Source of the DNA: a virus
Taxonomy: Duplodnaviria > Caudoviricetes
Length of the DNA stretch: 59,268 nucleotides
IMG/VR virus record: IMGVR_UViG_3300038456_000415
Coordinates: 1 to 59,268 of that record
Strand: one strand, 5' to 3'
In this document: one piece after another, positions 10,023 to 19,435 of the stretch
Layout of the letters: each line of letters opens with the position of its first letter
How positions within the stretch are numbered: position 1 is the first letter of the stretch
Notes under the pieces: model-generated
Database searches by the model: none
What the model was told of the DNA's origin: nothing
What the model saw: the letters and a program-made list of their open reading frames with translations, nothing else
Made by a program: the position numbers and the translations under genes

Positions 10023-10509
10023 GATGCACCTCTAAATAGACAGCAAGCACCCGAAGACGGATTGGGTCTTCTTTGGCGTGCCCTATGGTCCGATTACAGG
10101 GCGAGCAAAGAAGGGCTCGGACCCGACCTGTTTTGTGGTTGTGGTCAACGCATGGCTCTCGACTACCAATCATAGGAGCATTGCAGGCGTCACACCGACC
10201 GCTCTGAGCTATGAGCATGCGTTCATAGTCCTCGACACTGAGGCCGTACTTCTGTTTCAGGTGATGTGCTCGACCCTCTTTGGGATTATAGCGAAGAGCA
10301 TCGTATGCTTTTTTGTAAGCTCCTCGTTCTTCTTCAGGTATAAACACCCTCACCCGGGGCGGCGCCATGTTCTTGTACCGCACGGCATCGTATGCGCTCA
10401 CACATGCCCTGCATCGGGTCTGCTTCCCGTCCTTGCTCTCCCTACGAGAGGCAAATTCATCTAACGGCTTGAAGGTATTACATCCAGTGCAGGTCTTGTC
10501 ATCGCCCAT
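10015..10509 (-). CDS. Endonuclease VII-type (His-Me finger) homing endonuclease
   Basis: N-terminal CxxC..CxxC; KYGLS..Y..M..Q.G.CxxC; VDHNH.TG.VRALLCxxCN; lower GC. Confidence 0.85.
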   Translation of the reverse strand: MGDDKTCTGCNTFKPLDEFASRRESKDGKQTRCRACVSAYDAVRYKNMAPPRVRVFIPEEERGAYKKAYDALRYNPKEGRAHHLKQKYGLSVEDYERMLIAQSGRCDACNAPMIGSREPCVDHNHKTGRVRALLCSPCNRTIGHAKEDPIRLRVLAVYLEVHHG

Positions 10510-12007
10510 ATTGAATCTCGGTCGTCGCATTCGGGTAGATGTCATCGAAAATTTCCAGGCGGTCCTCGAGGTGACGCTCGACGACACTCTTCTGCCCCTT
10601 GGGCATGCATTCCACGTTGACCCTAAAGTCGGTGAAGTTGAAGGCTACCTTGCCTGTGCCCTGAATTTTGCGCGTGCCGCGGCCGCATGCCTGGCGCACC
10701 TGCACCTCGGACTTGCCACCCCTCAGGAAGATGACGTTCTCCACCGTCTGGATGTCCGTGCCTGTGGAGATGCATGACGTGCCAACGAGGATGGGCAGCC
10801 CTTTGGCGTTAAATCGCGCCACCAGCTCACCATTGTCGGTGTCGTGGTAAACCGAGGGAATGAAATCCCGGTTCTCCTTGGTGATGGCGCCGTGCGCGAA
10901 GCCCACCTGGTGCTTGAGCAGAGGCAGCAAGCGCTGGAATTGCTCGTACTCCTCAATCAGAATCAAAACCTGCTGCCCGAGCACGGACACGCTCTGGTTC
11001 GCGATGTCCGCGGCAGCCTGGAGGACCTCTTGGTTGTAATAGAGATGCACCCGCGTCATGCGGTCTGCGTCCTTGTTGTAATAATTCTTGGAACTGTTCA
11101 CGTTCACGACCCGGAAGTAGGGGCGCGCGAGGTACCCCTGGTCGACGCCCTCCATGACACTCATTCGGAATACGACCGCGCCGGTGATGCCCTCGAGGAG
11201 AAGGTCTGCTCCGTCTCCGCGCATCTGCGTGCCACTGAAGAAGTAGCGGTAGGGGGCGTCGGCCATGAGCCCGAAGCACACCTTCTGCAGGGTCTTGGCC
11301 GGGCAGAGGTGGCTCTCGTCCGCGATGAACACCTTTGCGCTCCTGAGGGAGTGGTATGCGGGCGTGCCGACCTCGACCTTAGTCAGGGAGGCCGCGATGG
11401 CGATGGTAATGAGCTTGCCGTACTCCTTCTTGCCCCCTCCGAAGAAACCCACCTTAGCCTTACCAAAGGCCTGCAGGAAGTCGTCGTAGAGCTGCTCGGC
11501 AATACTCGTGCTCGGAGCCATGATGACGGTCTGCAGGCTATGCTCTTTGACGAGCATCAGGGCCATAAAACTCTTGCCGAGCCCCGTTCCAACCTCGACG
11601 GCCCCGTGTCCAGCCTGTCTGAGGGCGAGGTTCCCCTCCACCTGGTACGGGCGAGGCTCTCGGGTCGGGGCTTTAGCCCAGGGGAGGAACGCGCAAGCCG
11701 GCAGCTCATACCCGCGGGTCACCTGCTCCCCGAAGTGGTCGGCGAGCCGGGGCGCGAACCCCGAGAAGGTCCAGAGCCCATCGTCGTCCTCGTAGAGGAG
11801 CGTCTTCTTCTGGGACGCCTTCAGCTCCTCCAGGCGCTCGACGAACCCCTCGGGGCCAAGCTTCTGCCGGTGCCAGGCCGCGTTCTGCTTGAACTTCCGC
11901 AGCTCGAAGTCCACGGTCAGGTCCCGGTACGTGAGCAGGCGGGCAAGCTCCTCCCTTGAGTGGCCCTCCACTCGCAAAACCGTAGGAGTTGCTAGGTGCA
12001 AGCCCAC
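10499..12007 (-). CDS. SF2 DNA helicase (UvsW-like)
   Basis: RPYQ Q-motif, GTGLGKS, DESH, SGT, TGTD, QACGRGTR. Confidence 0.9.
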   Translation of the reverse strand: MGLHLATPTVLRVEGHSREELARLLTYRDLTVDFELRKFKQNAAWHRQKLGPEGFVERLEELKASQKKTLLYEDDDGLWTFSGFAPRLADHFGEQVTRGYELPACAFLPWAKAPTREPRPYQVEGNLALRQAGHGAVEVGTGLGKSFMALMLVKEHSLQTVIMAPSTSIAEQLYDDFLQAFGKAKVGFFGGGKKEYGKLITIAIAASLTKVEVGTPAYHSLRSAKVFIADESHLCPAKTLQKVCFGLMADAPYRYFFSGTQMRGDGADLLLEGITGAVVFRMSVMEGVDQGYLARPYFRVVNVNSSKNYYNKDADRMTRVHLYYNQEVLQAAADIANQSVSVLGQQVLILIEEYEQFQRLLPLLKHQVGFAHGAITKENRDFIPSVYHDTDNGELVARFNAKGLPILVGTSCISTGTDIQTVENVIFLRGGKSEVQVRQACGRGTRKIQGTGKVAFNFTDFRVNVECMPKGQKSVVERHLEDRLEIFDDIYPNATTEIQYGR

Positions 12008-12010
12008 TTA

Positions 12011-12676
12011 TTAGGCAGCCGCAGCTTTCTTCTCAGCAGCCTCGGCGATGGCGTGGAGACGCGAATTCACTGAAGAAAGTGCCCGGGAAAATCTCGTGCC
12101 GGTGGTGCCTACCAGGGGGATGTGACTGTCGAGGTTGAAGTGTCCGATGAGGTCCAGCACGATTTCGTCAACCTCCTTGCTCTGAGCGTGTGTGTGCACG
12201 CGGTTGGGGTCATCCCCGCCCGCGTAGACGGGCATGTCCACGGGCCGGCTATAGAAAAACAGGAACTGCGTCTTCTGCAGGTGGGCCTTCACCGCGTTCT
12301 TGACGGTGACGTCATCCCAGAGGAATGGCAGGCCAGTGGGGCGTCCTCGGTCATCCCGGGGCCTGCTCATGTACAAGAGCGCGTTCAAGCAGGAGGTGTC
12401 GCTGATAACCATGCCGTTGGTGACACCCGAGAGGCTCTCCTCGAAGAGGTCCTCCATCTCCGCCTGTGCCTTGAAAATGCTCCATTGGTCCTCATCTGTG
12501 AGAGGAGAGAACTCCTTGTTTTCTCTCAGAGATTTCACACGCTTGCGTGCAATGTGAACGCGGGCATACTCGGCTAAGCGCTCTGCAGGGAGACCATCCT
12601 CCTTGAGCTTTGCCTCGAGCATGGCGGCGGTTGTGGTCTTGCCACTGCAGGGACTTCCTAGGAATGAGACGAGCAT
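12011..12676 (-). CDS. P-loop kinase/ATPase (NadR / AAA_28-like)
   Basis: GSPCSGKTT Walker A, EYAR, ISDTS; GGAGG RBS (alternative leaderless start at 12706). Confidence 0.75.
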   Translation of the reverse strand: MLVSFLGSPCSGKTTTAAMLEAKLKEDGLPAERLAEYARVHIARKRVKSLRENKEFSPLTDEDQWSIFKAQAEMEDLFEESLSGVTNGMVISDTSCLNALLYMSRPRDDRGRPTGLPFLWDDVTVKNAVKAHLQKTQFLFFYSRPVDMPVYAGGDDPNRVHTHAQSKEVDEIVLDLIGHFNLDSHIPLVGTTGTRFSRALSSVNSRLHAIAEAAEKKAAAA

Positions 12677-12711
12677 GCGTGTGTGCCTCCTGGAGGTGCT
12701 TGACATCCGCT

Positions 12712-12722
12712 ACTGTACCACA
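12712..12722 (-). promoter_or_regulatory. Promoter TGTGGTACAGT (putative middle class)
   Basis: Consensus variant heading the kinase-helicase-HNH-sigma operon. Confidence 0.7.
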
Positions 12723-12881
12723 GGAACTGGGTCAGGCTCCGGGAGAAACAAAAACCACGGCTCCTGGCCTGTGACCGCGGAAAGCAAATTGCAAAAAATC
12801 CGGTAAGCTCTTATGTGTCTACTCTTCTCCTTGGTTCTAGCTCTTCTCTTTTCTCTCATCTCTTTAACTCTCTTCTCTTTC

Positions 12882-13010
12882 GGGTGGCAGGATTACCACC
12901 CTTCGAGCGACAATCCTGCCACCCTTGGGCGACAATCCTGTCACCCTTCGGTGACAATCCTGCCACCCTTGGGCGACAATCCTGCCACCCTGACAGTTCC
13001 GCCACCCTTG
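12882..13010. repeat. Iteron-like 22-bp tandem repeats (GACAATCCTGCCACCCTTGGGC); putative replication origin
   Basis: Copies start at 12909, 12931, 12953 and 12975, with a degenerate copy at 12992; one inverted core copy at 12882-12894; pyrimidine tract at about 12820-12880; sits at the coding-strand switch. Confidence 0.8.
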
Positions 13011-13025
13011 CTCGCAGCGCACGTT

Positions 13026-13036
13026 TGTGGTACAGG
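13026..13036 (+). promoter_or_regulatory. Promoter-like TGTGGTACAGG
   Basis: Near-consensus motif between the iterons and the HTH gene. Confidence 0.5.
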
Positions 13037-13061
13037 TATGGTCGCCCTCCAAGGAGACCTC

Positions 13062-13529
13062 ATGATGAAGAAGAAGCGGTTCCTCTCCTCAGCGCCGACG
13101 CACTGCTTCCGGGCCTATGTGCAGGCCCCCTACCGGCAAATCTGCTACCTGATGCTGAGCATCGGGGCTGAGCGCACGCTCCTCACCCTGATTCGCTACG
13201 CCACCTTCAAGAAAGACGTCGGTGACACGAACTTCATGATTGCCTACCCGAGCGTGGGGACGCTGGCCCTGCAGAGCAACCAGCACGCGAGGACCGTCCA
13301 GAGGGCCTTGAGAGAACTAGAGAAACTGGGTCTAATCCGCATCGAGCACCGTGGGTCCAGCCACCAGGTCAACCGCTACGACCTCAGCGGGCTCCAGGCG
13401 CGCCTGGACGAGTTGGTGCCCCTCTGCGAGGAGCAGGGCCACGGGTGCGTCAAGGCCGTGTGCCCGAAGTGCAAGGACCCGTCCTTCGCCGACGAGGGGC
13501 AGGACGACGACGGCGAGAGCGACCCCTGA
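13062..13529 (+). CDS. Winged-HTH protein, replication-initiator N-terminal type (HTH_36-like)
   Basis: AYPSVGTLA...RTVQRALRELEKLGLI...NRYDL; Cys cluster at C-terminus; AAGGAG RBS; adjacent to iterons. Confidence 0.8.
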   Translation: MMKKKRFLSSAPTHCFRAYVQAPYRQICYLMLSIGAERTLLTLIRYATFKKDVGDTNFMIAYPSVGTLALQSNQHARTVQRALRELEKLGLIRIEHRGSSHQVNRYDLSGLQARLDELVPLCEEQGHGCVKAVCPKCKDPSFADEGQDDDGESDP

Positions 13530-13534
13530 GCCCC

Positions 13535-13545
13535 TGTGGTATAGT
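13535..13545 (+). promoter_or_regulatory. Promoter TGTGGTATAGT
   Basis: Exact consensus, intergenic, before groEL. Confidence 0.75.
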
Positions 13546-13563
13546 ACGCGCAAGGAGACAACC

Positions 13564-15423
13564 TTGGCATTCCAATACCAGAAGGCGAAGTCCGCAGCTA
13601 AGCTCATCGAGGTCAAAGGCGCAGCCCTCGACAAGGTCGTCCTGAAGACCATGGGCACCATCGCCGACATCGTGGGCGCCACCCTGGGCCCGGGCGGCAT
13701 GCCCGTGCTCATCGAGCGCGCCGAGTTCAACCTCCCGGCCCTCATCACCAAGGACGGGGTTTCGGTCATGCGCTCGTTGGGCTTCCAGTCCCCGGTCCAG
13801 CACAGCATCCTCGAGGCCGCCCGGGATGCGGCCGTGCGCACCGCGAGCGAGGCCGGCGACGGCACCACCACCGCGACCGTGCTCGCGTACTCCATCGTCG
13901 CGAACCTGCACAAGTACTGCAAGGCCAACCCGCGGGTGAGCCCCCAGCGCGTGGTCCGCCTCCTCGAGGAAACTTTCCGGAAGCGCATAGAGCCCCTCAT
14001 CAAGGGCCTGTCCTTGGAGGCTAGGCTCGAGGACGAGGTGGGTCGTGCGCTTCTGCAGTCTGTGGCGAGGGTGAGCGCGAACGGGGACCAGGCACTCGCC
14101 GAGGCCGTCATGCAGTGCTTCGACATGGTCGGGGACAACGGCAACGTCACCATCACCGAGGGCTCGGGCGCCAGCCACTACGAGGTGGAGAAAATCTCGG
14201 GCTTCCCCATCCCCCTGGGCCTGGAGGAGTGCTGCCTGCGCTTCGCCCCGGATTTCATCAACGACCCCGGGAGCCAGCGCTGCATCATGGGCAAGCCCGC
14301 GTTCCTCATCTACCACGGGAAGGTGGACAGCATCCAGTCCCTGTACCCCATCATGGAGAAGGTCGCCGCCGCGGGCCTGGACCCGGGCGAGCGCGAGTAC
14401 AAGCACGTGAACCTCGTCATCGTGGCCACGAGCTTCTCCGATTCGGCCATCACGGGCCTGGCCACGAACTTCAAGGACGGCCTGACCATGAACGCGTACC
14501 CGCTCGTGGCGCCCGTGAACTCCGAGCCGGGGTCTCAGCTGCAGTTCCTCCACGACGTCGCCGCCATCACGGGGGCCGTCATCCTCGAGCAGAACAGCAT
14601 CCCCCTGGACCAGGCGCAGCTCCTGCACCTCGGGCGTGGCGTCGAGGCCTTCGAGGCCCACCGGTGGCGCTCGAATATCATCATCGGCGAGCCCAAGGAC
14701 AACGACGACGAGGCCACCATCCAGCGCCGCATCGAGCGCGAGGACCGCATCCTCAATCGCAGCGCCGAGGTCGAGGAGCAGCTCAAGTCCGCGCCCTCGC
14801 AGTGGACGACCGCCATCATCCAGGAGCGCCTCGCCAAGCTCACCGGGGGCATCGCGCGCCTGAAGGTCATCGGCGCCAGCAACGGCGAGCTGAAGGAGAA
14901 GCGTGACCGCGCCGAGGACGCCGTATGCGGGGTCCGAGGGGCCATCAAGCACGGATGCCTGCCCGGGGGCTGCTGGACGCTCCTCAAGGTCATCGACGAG
15001 CTGCGCAAGCTCAAGGACCCCATCCTCGACGCCACCCTCATCCCCGCCCTGAAGGCGCCCTTCGAGCGCCTCCTGCACAACTCCGGCATCGTGGACCCGC
15101 AGGAGGCCGAGGACATCATCGGCCCCATCCTCCGGAGCATGGTCGCCGTCAAAGACGACGAAGGGAACCTCGCGTTCAAGCCCTGCGTGTACGACTGCCT
15201 GGAGGGCAAGCACGTGGACGCCATCGAGGGGGGCATCCTCGACAGCACGCCGGCCGTGCTCGAGGCCATCCGCAACGCGCTCTCCATCGCGAGCCTGCTG
15301 GGTACATTGGGCGGAACCGTGGTGTTTCTGCGCGATGCCGAGCTGGAGCGCTCCGAGGCGCGCGCCAACGCGGACTTCCTGCGTGAGGACGACAGCGGGA
15401 ACGAAGCCGACGAACGGGGTTGA
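13564..15423 (+). CDS. groEL: Chaperonin GroEL
   Basis: TLGPGG, ITKDGVSV, AGDGTTTATVLA, ERLAKLTGGIA, EKRDRAEDA, PGG; TTG start behind AAGGAG. Confidence 0.95.
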   Translation: MAFQYQKAKSAAKLIEVKGAALDKVVLKTMGTIADIVGATLGPGGMPVLIERAEFNLPALITKDGVSVMRSLGFQSPVQHSILEAARDAAVRTASEAGDGTTTATVLAYSIVANLHKYCKANPRVSPQRVVRLLEETFRKRIEPLIKGLSLEARLEDEVGRALLQSVARVSANGDQALAEAVMQCFDMVGDNGNVTITEGSGASHYEVEKISGFPIPLGLEECCLRFAPDFINDPGSQRCIMGKPAFLIYHGKVDSIQSLYPIMEKVAAAGLDPGEREYKHVNLVIVATSFSDSAITGLATNFKDGLTMNAYPLVAPVNSEPGSQLQFLHDVAAITGAVILEQNSIPLDQAQLLHLGRGVEAFEAHRWRSNIIIGEPKDNDDEATIQRRIEREDRILNRSAEVEEQLKSAPSQWTTAIIQERLAKLTGGIARLKVIGASNGELKEKRDRAEDAVCGVRGAIKHGCLPGGCWTLLKVIDELRKLKDPILDATLIPALKAPFERLLHNSGIVDPQEAEDIIGPILRSMVAVKDDEGNLAFKPCVYDCLEGKHVDAIEGGILDSTPAVLEAIRNALSIASLLGTLGGTVVFLRDAELERSEARANADFLREDDSGNEADERG

Positions 15424-15448
15424 CGTCTGTCGCGCCCGCGTGTAGAGT
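15420..15448 (+). promoter_or_regulatory. Host sigma-70-type promoter TTGACG-N17-TAGAGT
   Basis: Canonical 17-nt spacing, TG extension, ATG 6 nt after the -10 element. Confidence 0.7.
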
Positions 15449-15454
15449 GAGGCG

Positions 15455-15748
15455 ATGCCCATCTTCAACCTCAAGTGCGTGACCTGCGGTCGAGCCCGCA
15501 AGGTCCTCAGGTCCCAGGGCTGGCGTTCGACCCAGGAGCACGTGCTCTGCATCTCCGGGTGCTCGGAGCCGCTCGTGCGCGACCCCGGGGGCACCTTACC
15601 CACGACCATCGTCAAGGAGGTCATCGACACCGGAATTCAAGTGAAGGCCCTGGAGCGCTTCGCCGACGCCGAGCGCATGCACGCCGACAAAACCGAGATT
15701 GAGGACGCCCTCGCAAAAGGCAAAAATACTGGGAGGACCATCCGATGA
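15455..15748 (+). CDS. FmdB-like zinc-ribbon protein
   Basis: MPIFNLKCVTCG...CISGC pattern. Confidence 0.7.
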   Translation: MPIFNLKCVTCGRARKVLRSQGWRSTQEHVLCISGCSEPLVRDPGGTLPTTIVKEVIDTGIQVKALERFADAERMHADKTEIEDALAKGKNTGRTIR

Positions 15749-16121
15749 TGAGAGATACACCATGTCACGTGAAAGTGAACTCTAGCGATTGCTGCAACGG
15801 TCATCTAATCGATGACCTCCGCGAGCGGCTCTTATCCTACGAGGCCAATTCCGCATCATCGTTTGCGAACGACATGCTTCGCCAGCTTGAGGTGGCGAGA
15901 GCGCGGGTGCGGGAGTTGGAGCGGCTTAGTGAGGAGTTGGTCTATCGGGGAGAGCTGCTTCTGCCGCCCGTCCCTACATCATTTCACGAAAAGAGCACAC
16001 CCATCCGAAGGGTGAATCCGAGTGGGATAAATCGAAGCCCTGTAAGATTTGTAGGTTTTGTGAATGCCCTGAATTTGTGGGTCAGCTAGTGATGGAGTTT
16101 GCCGCCAAGAGGTCTAAATGA
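15745..16121 (+). CDS. Hypothetical protein, probably frameshifted (coiled coil plus Cys cluster)
   Basis: Track ORF ends at 16089; the -1 frame after G4 (15947-15950) gives ...PCKICRFCEC... and ends in an ATGA overlap with sbcC. Confidence 0.45.
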
Positions 16122-18022
16122 AGACCATCGACCTTATCGCTGAGGAGCTGGAGGCCTTCCGCTCCTTCGTGGAGCCCAGCAGCTTCGACTTCCCCCCGAG
16201 GGGCCTCTATGGCATCCGCGGACGCAACGCCGACACGGGTGGCTCGAGCGGGGCTGGCAAGTCCAGCATCAACCTGGGCATCGCGTACGCCCTAGGGTAC
16301 TGCCCCTTCCCAGCGACGGAACTTCAATCCTGGCTGACCGACAAGCCGATGAGCGCCACCCTGAAGCTCACGACCCCCGACGCGGGGCTCGTGGTGACCC
16401 GCGGGGTCTCGGGGCTGCGCCTGGGCATGCGGACCAGCGAGGGCACCACCGAACTCAAGGGCCGGGCCGCCGAGGCCGAGCTGACCAAGCGCCTCGGGCT
16501 GTCGCCGGCCATGCTCTCCGCGCTCACCTACCGGGCCCAGCGGAGCGACGGCACGTTCCTGTCCAAGACCAACGTCGAGATTCAGGAGTTCCTCACCGCG
16601 GTCCTGGGCCTGGAGGTCTACGAGCAGGCCATCCTCCTGTCGGCGAAGAACATCAAGACCTTCGAGGACCGGCTCCAGCAGGTCCAGGGCAAGCTCGAGG
16701 TTCTCACCACCCAGTTACGGGAGGCGCGCAGGCAGGCCGAGGAAGCCGAGGCCGCGTACCGGCCCGTGGACACCTCGGCGCTTGAGCAGGGCGTCGCCGA
16801 CGCCAAGGTGGAGGCCAGCAAGTGGGAGGCTATCTGCGAGGGCATCCGGACACGCAAGGACGAGTACCAGAAGCAGTTCCGGACCGTCTTGAACGAGCGC
16901 GTGAGCGCGATTCGTGACGAGATGGACGTCCTCAAGCCCCGGCAGTTGGCCGCCAACAGGCAAGCGGGCGCGGCGCCCGGCTATGAGCGGGACCTCGTCT
17001 CCGTAGCCGCGGACCGCAGGGAGATGGACAGGACCGTGGGCGAGGGCCGGAGTTGCTCCACGTGCGGGCAGCTCCTGGGGGCCGAGTTCCAGGACGCGTA
17101 CGCGCAGGAACTCCTGAACAAGCGTCAGCGCCTTGACGACAAGGAGCTTGCCGCCAGGGAGGGGCTCTCCAGCGCCACCACCGCCCGGGGCATTGCCGCC
17201 AGTCTCGATGAGGAGGTCCGCCAACTCCAGGCCCGCATCACGGCCGGCGAGGCCGAGGCGAGCAAGGAGTTCGAGGTCAACCTCAAGCAGCTCGAGGCCG
17301 CGGCCGCGAACGCGCGCGCGGGCTCCATCGCCGTCCACGACCAGCTGAACTCGCTCCAGCGTCAGCTCGCGGACGCCCAGGCCAGGAACGCCAGCGCGAA
17401 GTCGAGCCTGGACCTCCGGAGGGCACTCGTGGTCGCAGCCGAGGGAGAACTCGGGGGGCAGGAGCTTGCTCTCGGGAATGTGAGGGTCCAGCTTTCCGAA
17501 GAGCAAGACTTCTCGGCCATGGTGGGGCGCGAGGGCTTCCTCGGGGCCATCTTCGACGAGGTGCTCTCCGAGGTTGCCGAACAGGCGAACGCCATCATGG
17601 CTCAGGTGCCCAACGTAGCCCACGTGACCCTGGCGTTCAAGAGCGAGAGCGTGACGGGCAAGGGCACCACCAGGCGCGCCATCACGCCCGTGGTCACCGT
17701 GGGCGGCCACGAGGCCAACCTCAAGAGCGGCTGCAGCGGGGGTATGCTCGGGGCCGTGTACCTGGCCGCGGACCTTGCCGTCATCGATGTAGTCAGCCGT
17801 CGACTTGGAGTGTCCCCCGGCTGGCTGGTCCTCGACGAAGTTTTTACCGGATTAGGACCAACAGAGACCGAGGCCTGCCTCGAGGTTCTCCAGGAGTATG
17901 CTCAAGGGAAGCTCGTACTGGTTATAGACCACGCAAGTGAAACTAAGGGGTACTTTCAACAGGGCACTGACCTGGTATATGAGGGCGGCAAAACAAAAAT
18001 AGAACAAGGCACGGTCCCTTGA
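16118..18022 (+). CDS. sbcC: Rad50/SbcC-like ATPase (T4 gp46-like)
   Basis: GSSGAGKS Walker A, Q-loop, coiled coils with CSTCG zinc hook, CSGG signature, LVLDE Walker B, VIDH. Confidence 0.9.
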   Translation: MKTIDLIAEELEAFRSFVEPSSFDFPPRGLYGIRGRNADTGGSSGAGKSSINLGIAYALGYCPFPATELQSWLTDKPMSATLKLTTPDAGLVVTRGVSGLRLGMRTSEGTTELKGRAAEAELTKRLGLSPAMLSALTYRAQRSDGTFLSKTNVEIQEFLTAVLGLEVYEQAILLSAKNIKTFEDRLQQVQGKLEVLTTQLREARRQAEEAEAAYRPVDTSALEQGVADAKVEASKWEAICEGIRTRKDEYQKQFRTVLNERVSAIRDEMDVLKPRQLAANRQAGAAPGYERDLVSVAADRREMDRTVGEGRSCSTCGQLLGAEFQDAYAQELLNKRQRLDDKELAAREGLSSATTARGIAASLDEEVRQLQARITAGEAEASKEFEVNLKQLEAAAANARAGSIAVHDQLNSLQRQLADAQARNASAKSSLDLRRALVVAAEGELGGQELALGNVRVQLSEEQDFSAMVGREGFLGAIFDEVLSEVAEQANAIMAQVPNVAHVTLAFKSESVTGKGTTRRAITPVVTVGGHEANLKSGCSGGMLGAVYLAADLAVIDVVSRRLGVSPGWLVLDEVFTGLGPTETEACLEVLQEYAQGKLVLVIDHASETKGYFQQGTDLVYEGGKTKIEQGTVP

Positions 18023-18023
18023 T

Positions 18024-18650
18024 ATGCCATTTAAGGACCCAGAGAGGCGCAAGGAATACAACAGAGCCTACCATCAGGCCCGCAAAGAAGAGGCGAATTC
18101 TCGACGTAGGGCCCGGCACGAGGAACACAGAGATGAAGAGAATGCCAATCATCGTGTCCGTCACCAAGAAGATAAGGAGGAGAACAACGCAAGGAGCCGT
18201 CTTTGGTACGAAGAAAACAAAGAAAAGGCATGTTCAGACAGCAGGGAGTACTACGCAAAACATAGGGAGGAAAAAATAAAGTATCAGGTAAATTACGAAA
18301 GAGAACGGCTTTCTTCCGACCCGATTTTTCGACAAATCCATAGCTTTAGGTCTAGGACAAGGCACCGACTGAAGGGCGTAAAGAAAGCGGCGGGGACTTT
18401 TGATTTACTTGGATGTAACAGCGTGGAACTGTGGGACTATTTGGAATCTAAATTTCATCCAGACCCACGCACTGGAGAGCTTATGACGAGGCAGAATTAC
18501 GGAGCTAAGGGGTGGGTGATGGACCACATTCGTCCCATTTCCGATTTCAAGAACCTGGCCAACCCCGAGCAGCAGCGCCAGTGTTTCCACTACACTAACC
18601 TACAACCTCTGTGGTGGCACGAGAATCTCGAGAAGAGCGACAAGTACTAG
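18024..18650 (+). CDS. HNH homing endonuclease
   Basis: WVMDHIRP...CFHYTNLQPLW..NLEK; basic helical N-terminus; low GC. Confidence 0.85.
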   Translation: MPFKDPERRKEYNRAYHQARKEEANSRRRARHEEHRDEENANHRVRHQEDKEENNARSRLWYEENKEKACSDSREYYAKHREEKIKYQVNYERERLSSDPIFRQIHSFRSRTRHRLKGVKKAAGTFDLLGCNSVELWDYLESKFHPDPRTGELMTRQNYGAKGWVMDHIRPISDFKNLANPEQQRQCFHYTNLQPLWWHENLEKSDKY

Positions 18651-18655
18651 GTCTG

Positions 18656-18661
18656 AATCTA
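18656..18661 (+). promoter_or_regulatory. Possible late promoter AATCTA
   Basis: Intergenic hexamer before a GGAGG RBS; weaker flanking match. Confidence 0.35.
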
Positions 18662-18681
18662 CTGTTCTGGAGGTTACCCAC

Positions 18682-19008
18682 GTGGCCGACGACAGCAGCA
18701 GCAGCAGCCCCCTCGAGCTGACGCATCACGACATCCTACTCCTGCAGGGTCACGCGCGCCGCGAGTACGCGGAGATTCTCGGAGAGCACCGCCTCGAGGG
18801 CATGACGAGGGGCCTTGACGGGGGTGAGCGCCTGGCCCTGTCCTGGCTCCGCGCCGCGACGATGCTCTTGAACCGCAAAGGCGCCTTCCGCGAGGGCTTC
18901 CTGCGGGAGTACGTCGAGCCCCTGGAGACGCCCAACAGCGATTGCGCCTCCGGGGACGACCCCGACTGGGAGGTCTCGGACGACGGGAAGGGCAAGAAGC
19001 GTCGGTGA
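18682..19008 (+). CDS. Hypothetical protein
   Basis: GGAGG RBS with GTG start; coding-like codon bias. Confidence 0.65.
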   Translation: MADDSSSSSPLELTHHDILLLQGHARREYAEILGEHRLEGMTRGLDGGERLALSWLRAATMLLNRKGAFREGFLREYVEPLETPNSDCASGDDPDWEVSDDGKGKKRR

Positions 19009-19418
19009 ACGTCATCGGCGAGCGGCGGGCCCTGGCATGGATGTCCGCGTCCCAGGGCAGTCTCTACGTGATGGGCTTCGACGTCTCCCTGGAGGAGGGC
19101 TCGACCCTCTATACGGAGAGCCCGGAGGAACAAGCCCTCGCGGATACCGAGAATCAGAACTACCTCGTGCGCGTCTTCACCTCCAAGACGGAGGTGCTCC
19201 GCTACAAGGACGCCATCATCGCCATCTACCCCAAGCTCAGCCTCTTCGTGGAGGAGTTCCCCGACTTCGAACACCTCTGGCCCGTCCTCGTGGACATGAA
19301 CGCCACCTACGTGCGCACCTTCGCCATCCCCATCAGGGCCGTGCTCTCGGAGATGCCCGTGGACAGCTGGCCGAAGAGCATCGACACCGTCTTTGACATC
19401 TACCTATTGCCCAACTGA
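19005..19418 (+). CDS. Hypothetical protein
   Basis: GTGA overlap with the previous gene; codon bias. Confidence 0.65.
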   Translation: MNVIGERRALAWMSASQGSLYVMGFDVSLEEGSTLYTESPEEQALADTENQNYLVRVFTSKTEVLRYKDAIIAIYPKLSLFVEEFPDFEHLWPVLVDMNATYVRTFAIPIRAVLSEMPVDSWPKSIDTVFDIYLLPN

Positions 19419-19424
19419 CCCATC

Positions 19425-19435
19425 TGTGGTACAGT
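19425..19435 (+). promoter_or_regulatory. Promoter TGTGGTACAGT
   Basis: Consensus variant, intergenic. Confidence 0.7.

Noticed and set aside
12882-13010. CRISPR array
   Set aside because: Repeats are contiguous with no unique spacers, and there are no cas genes; an iteron interpretation fits better
12813-13061. N-terminal extension of the HTH ORF resembling a signal peptide
   Set aside because: The hydrophobicity comes from the pyrimidine tract; a good RBS and promoter-like motif support the start at 13062
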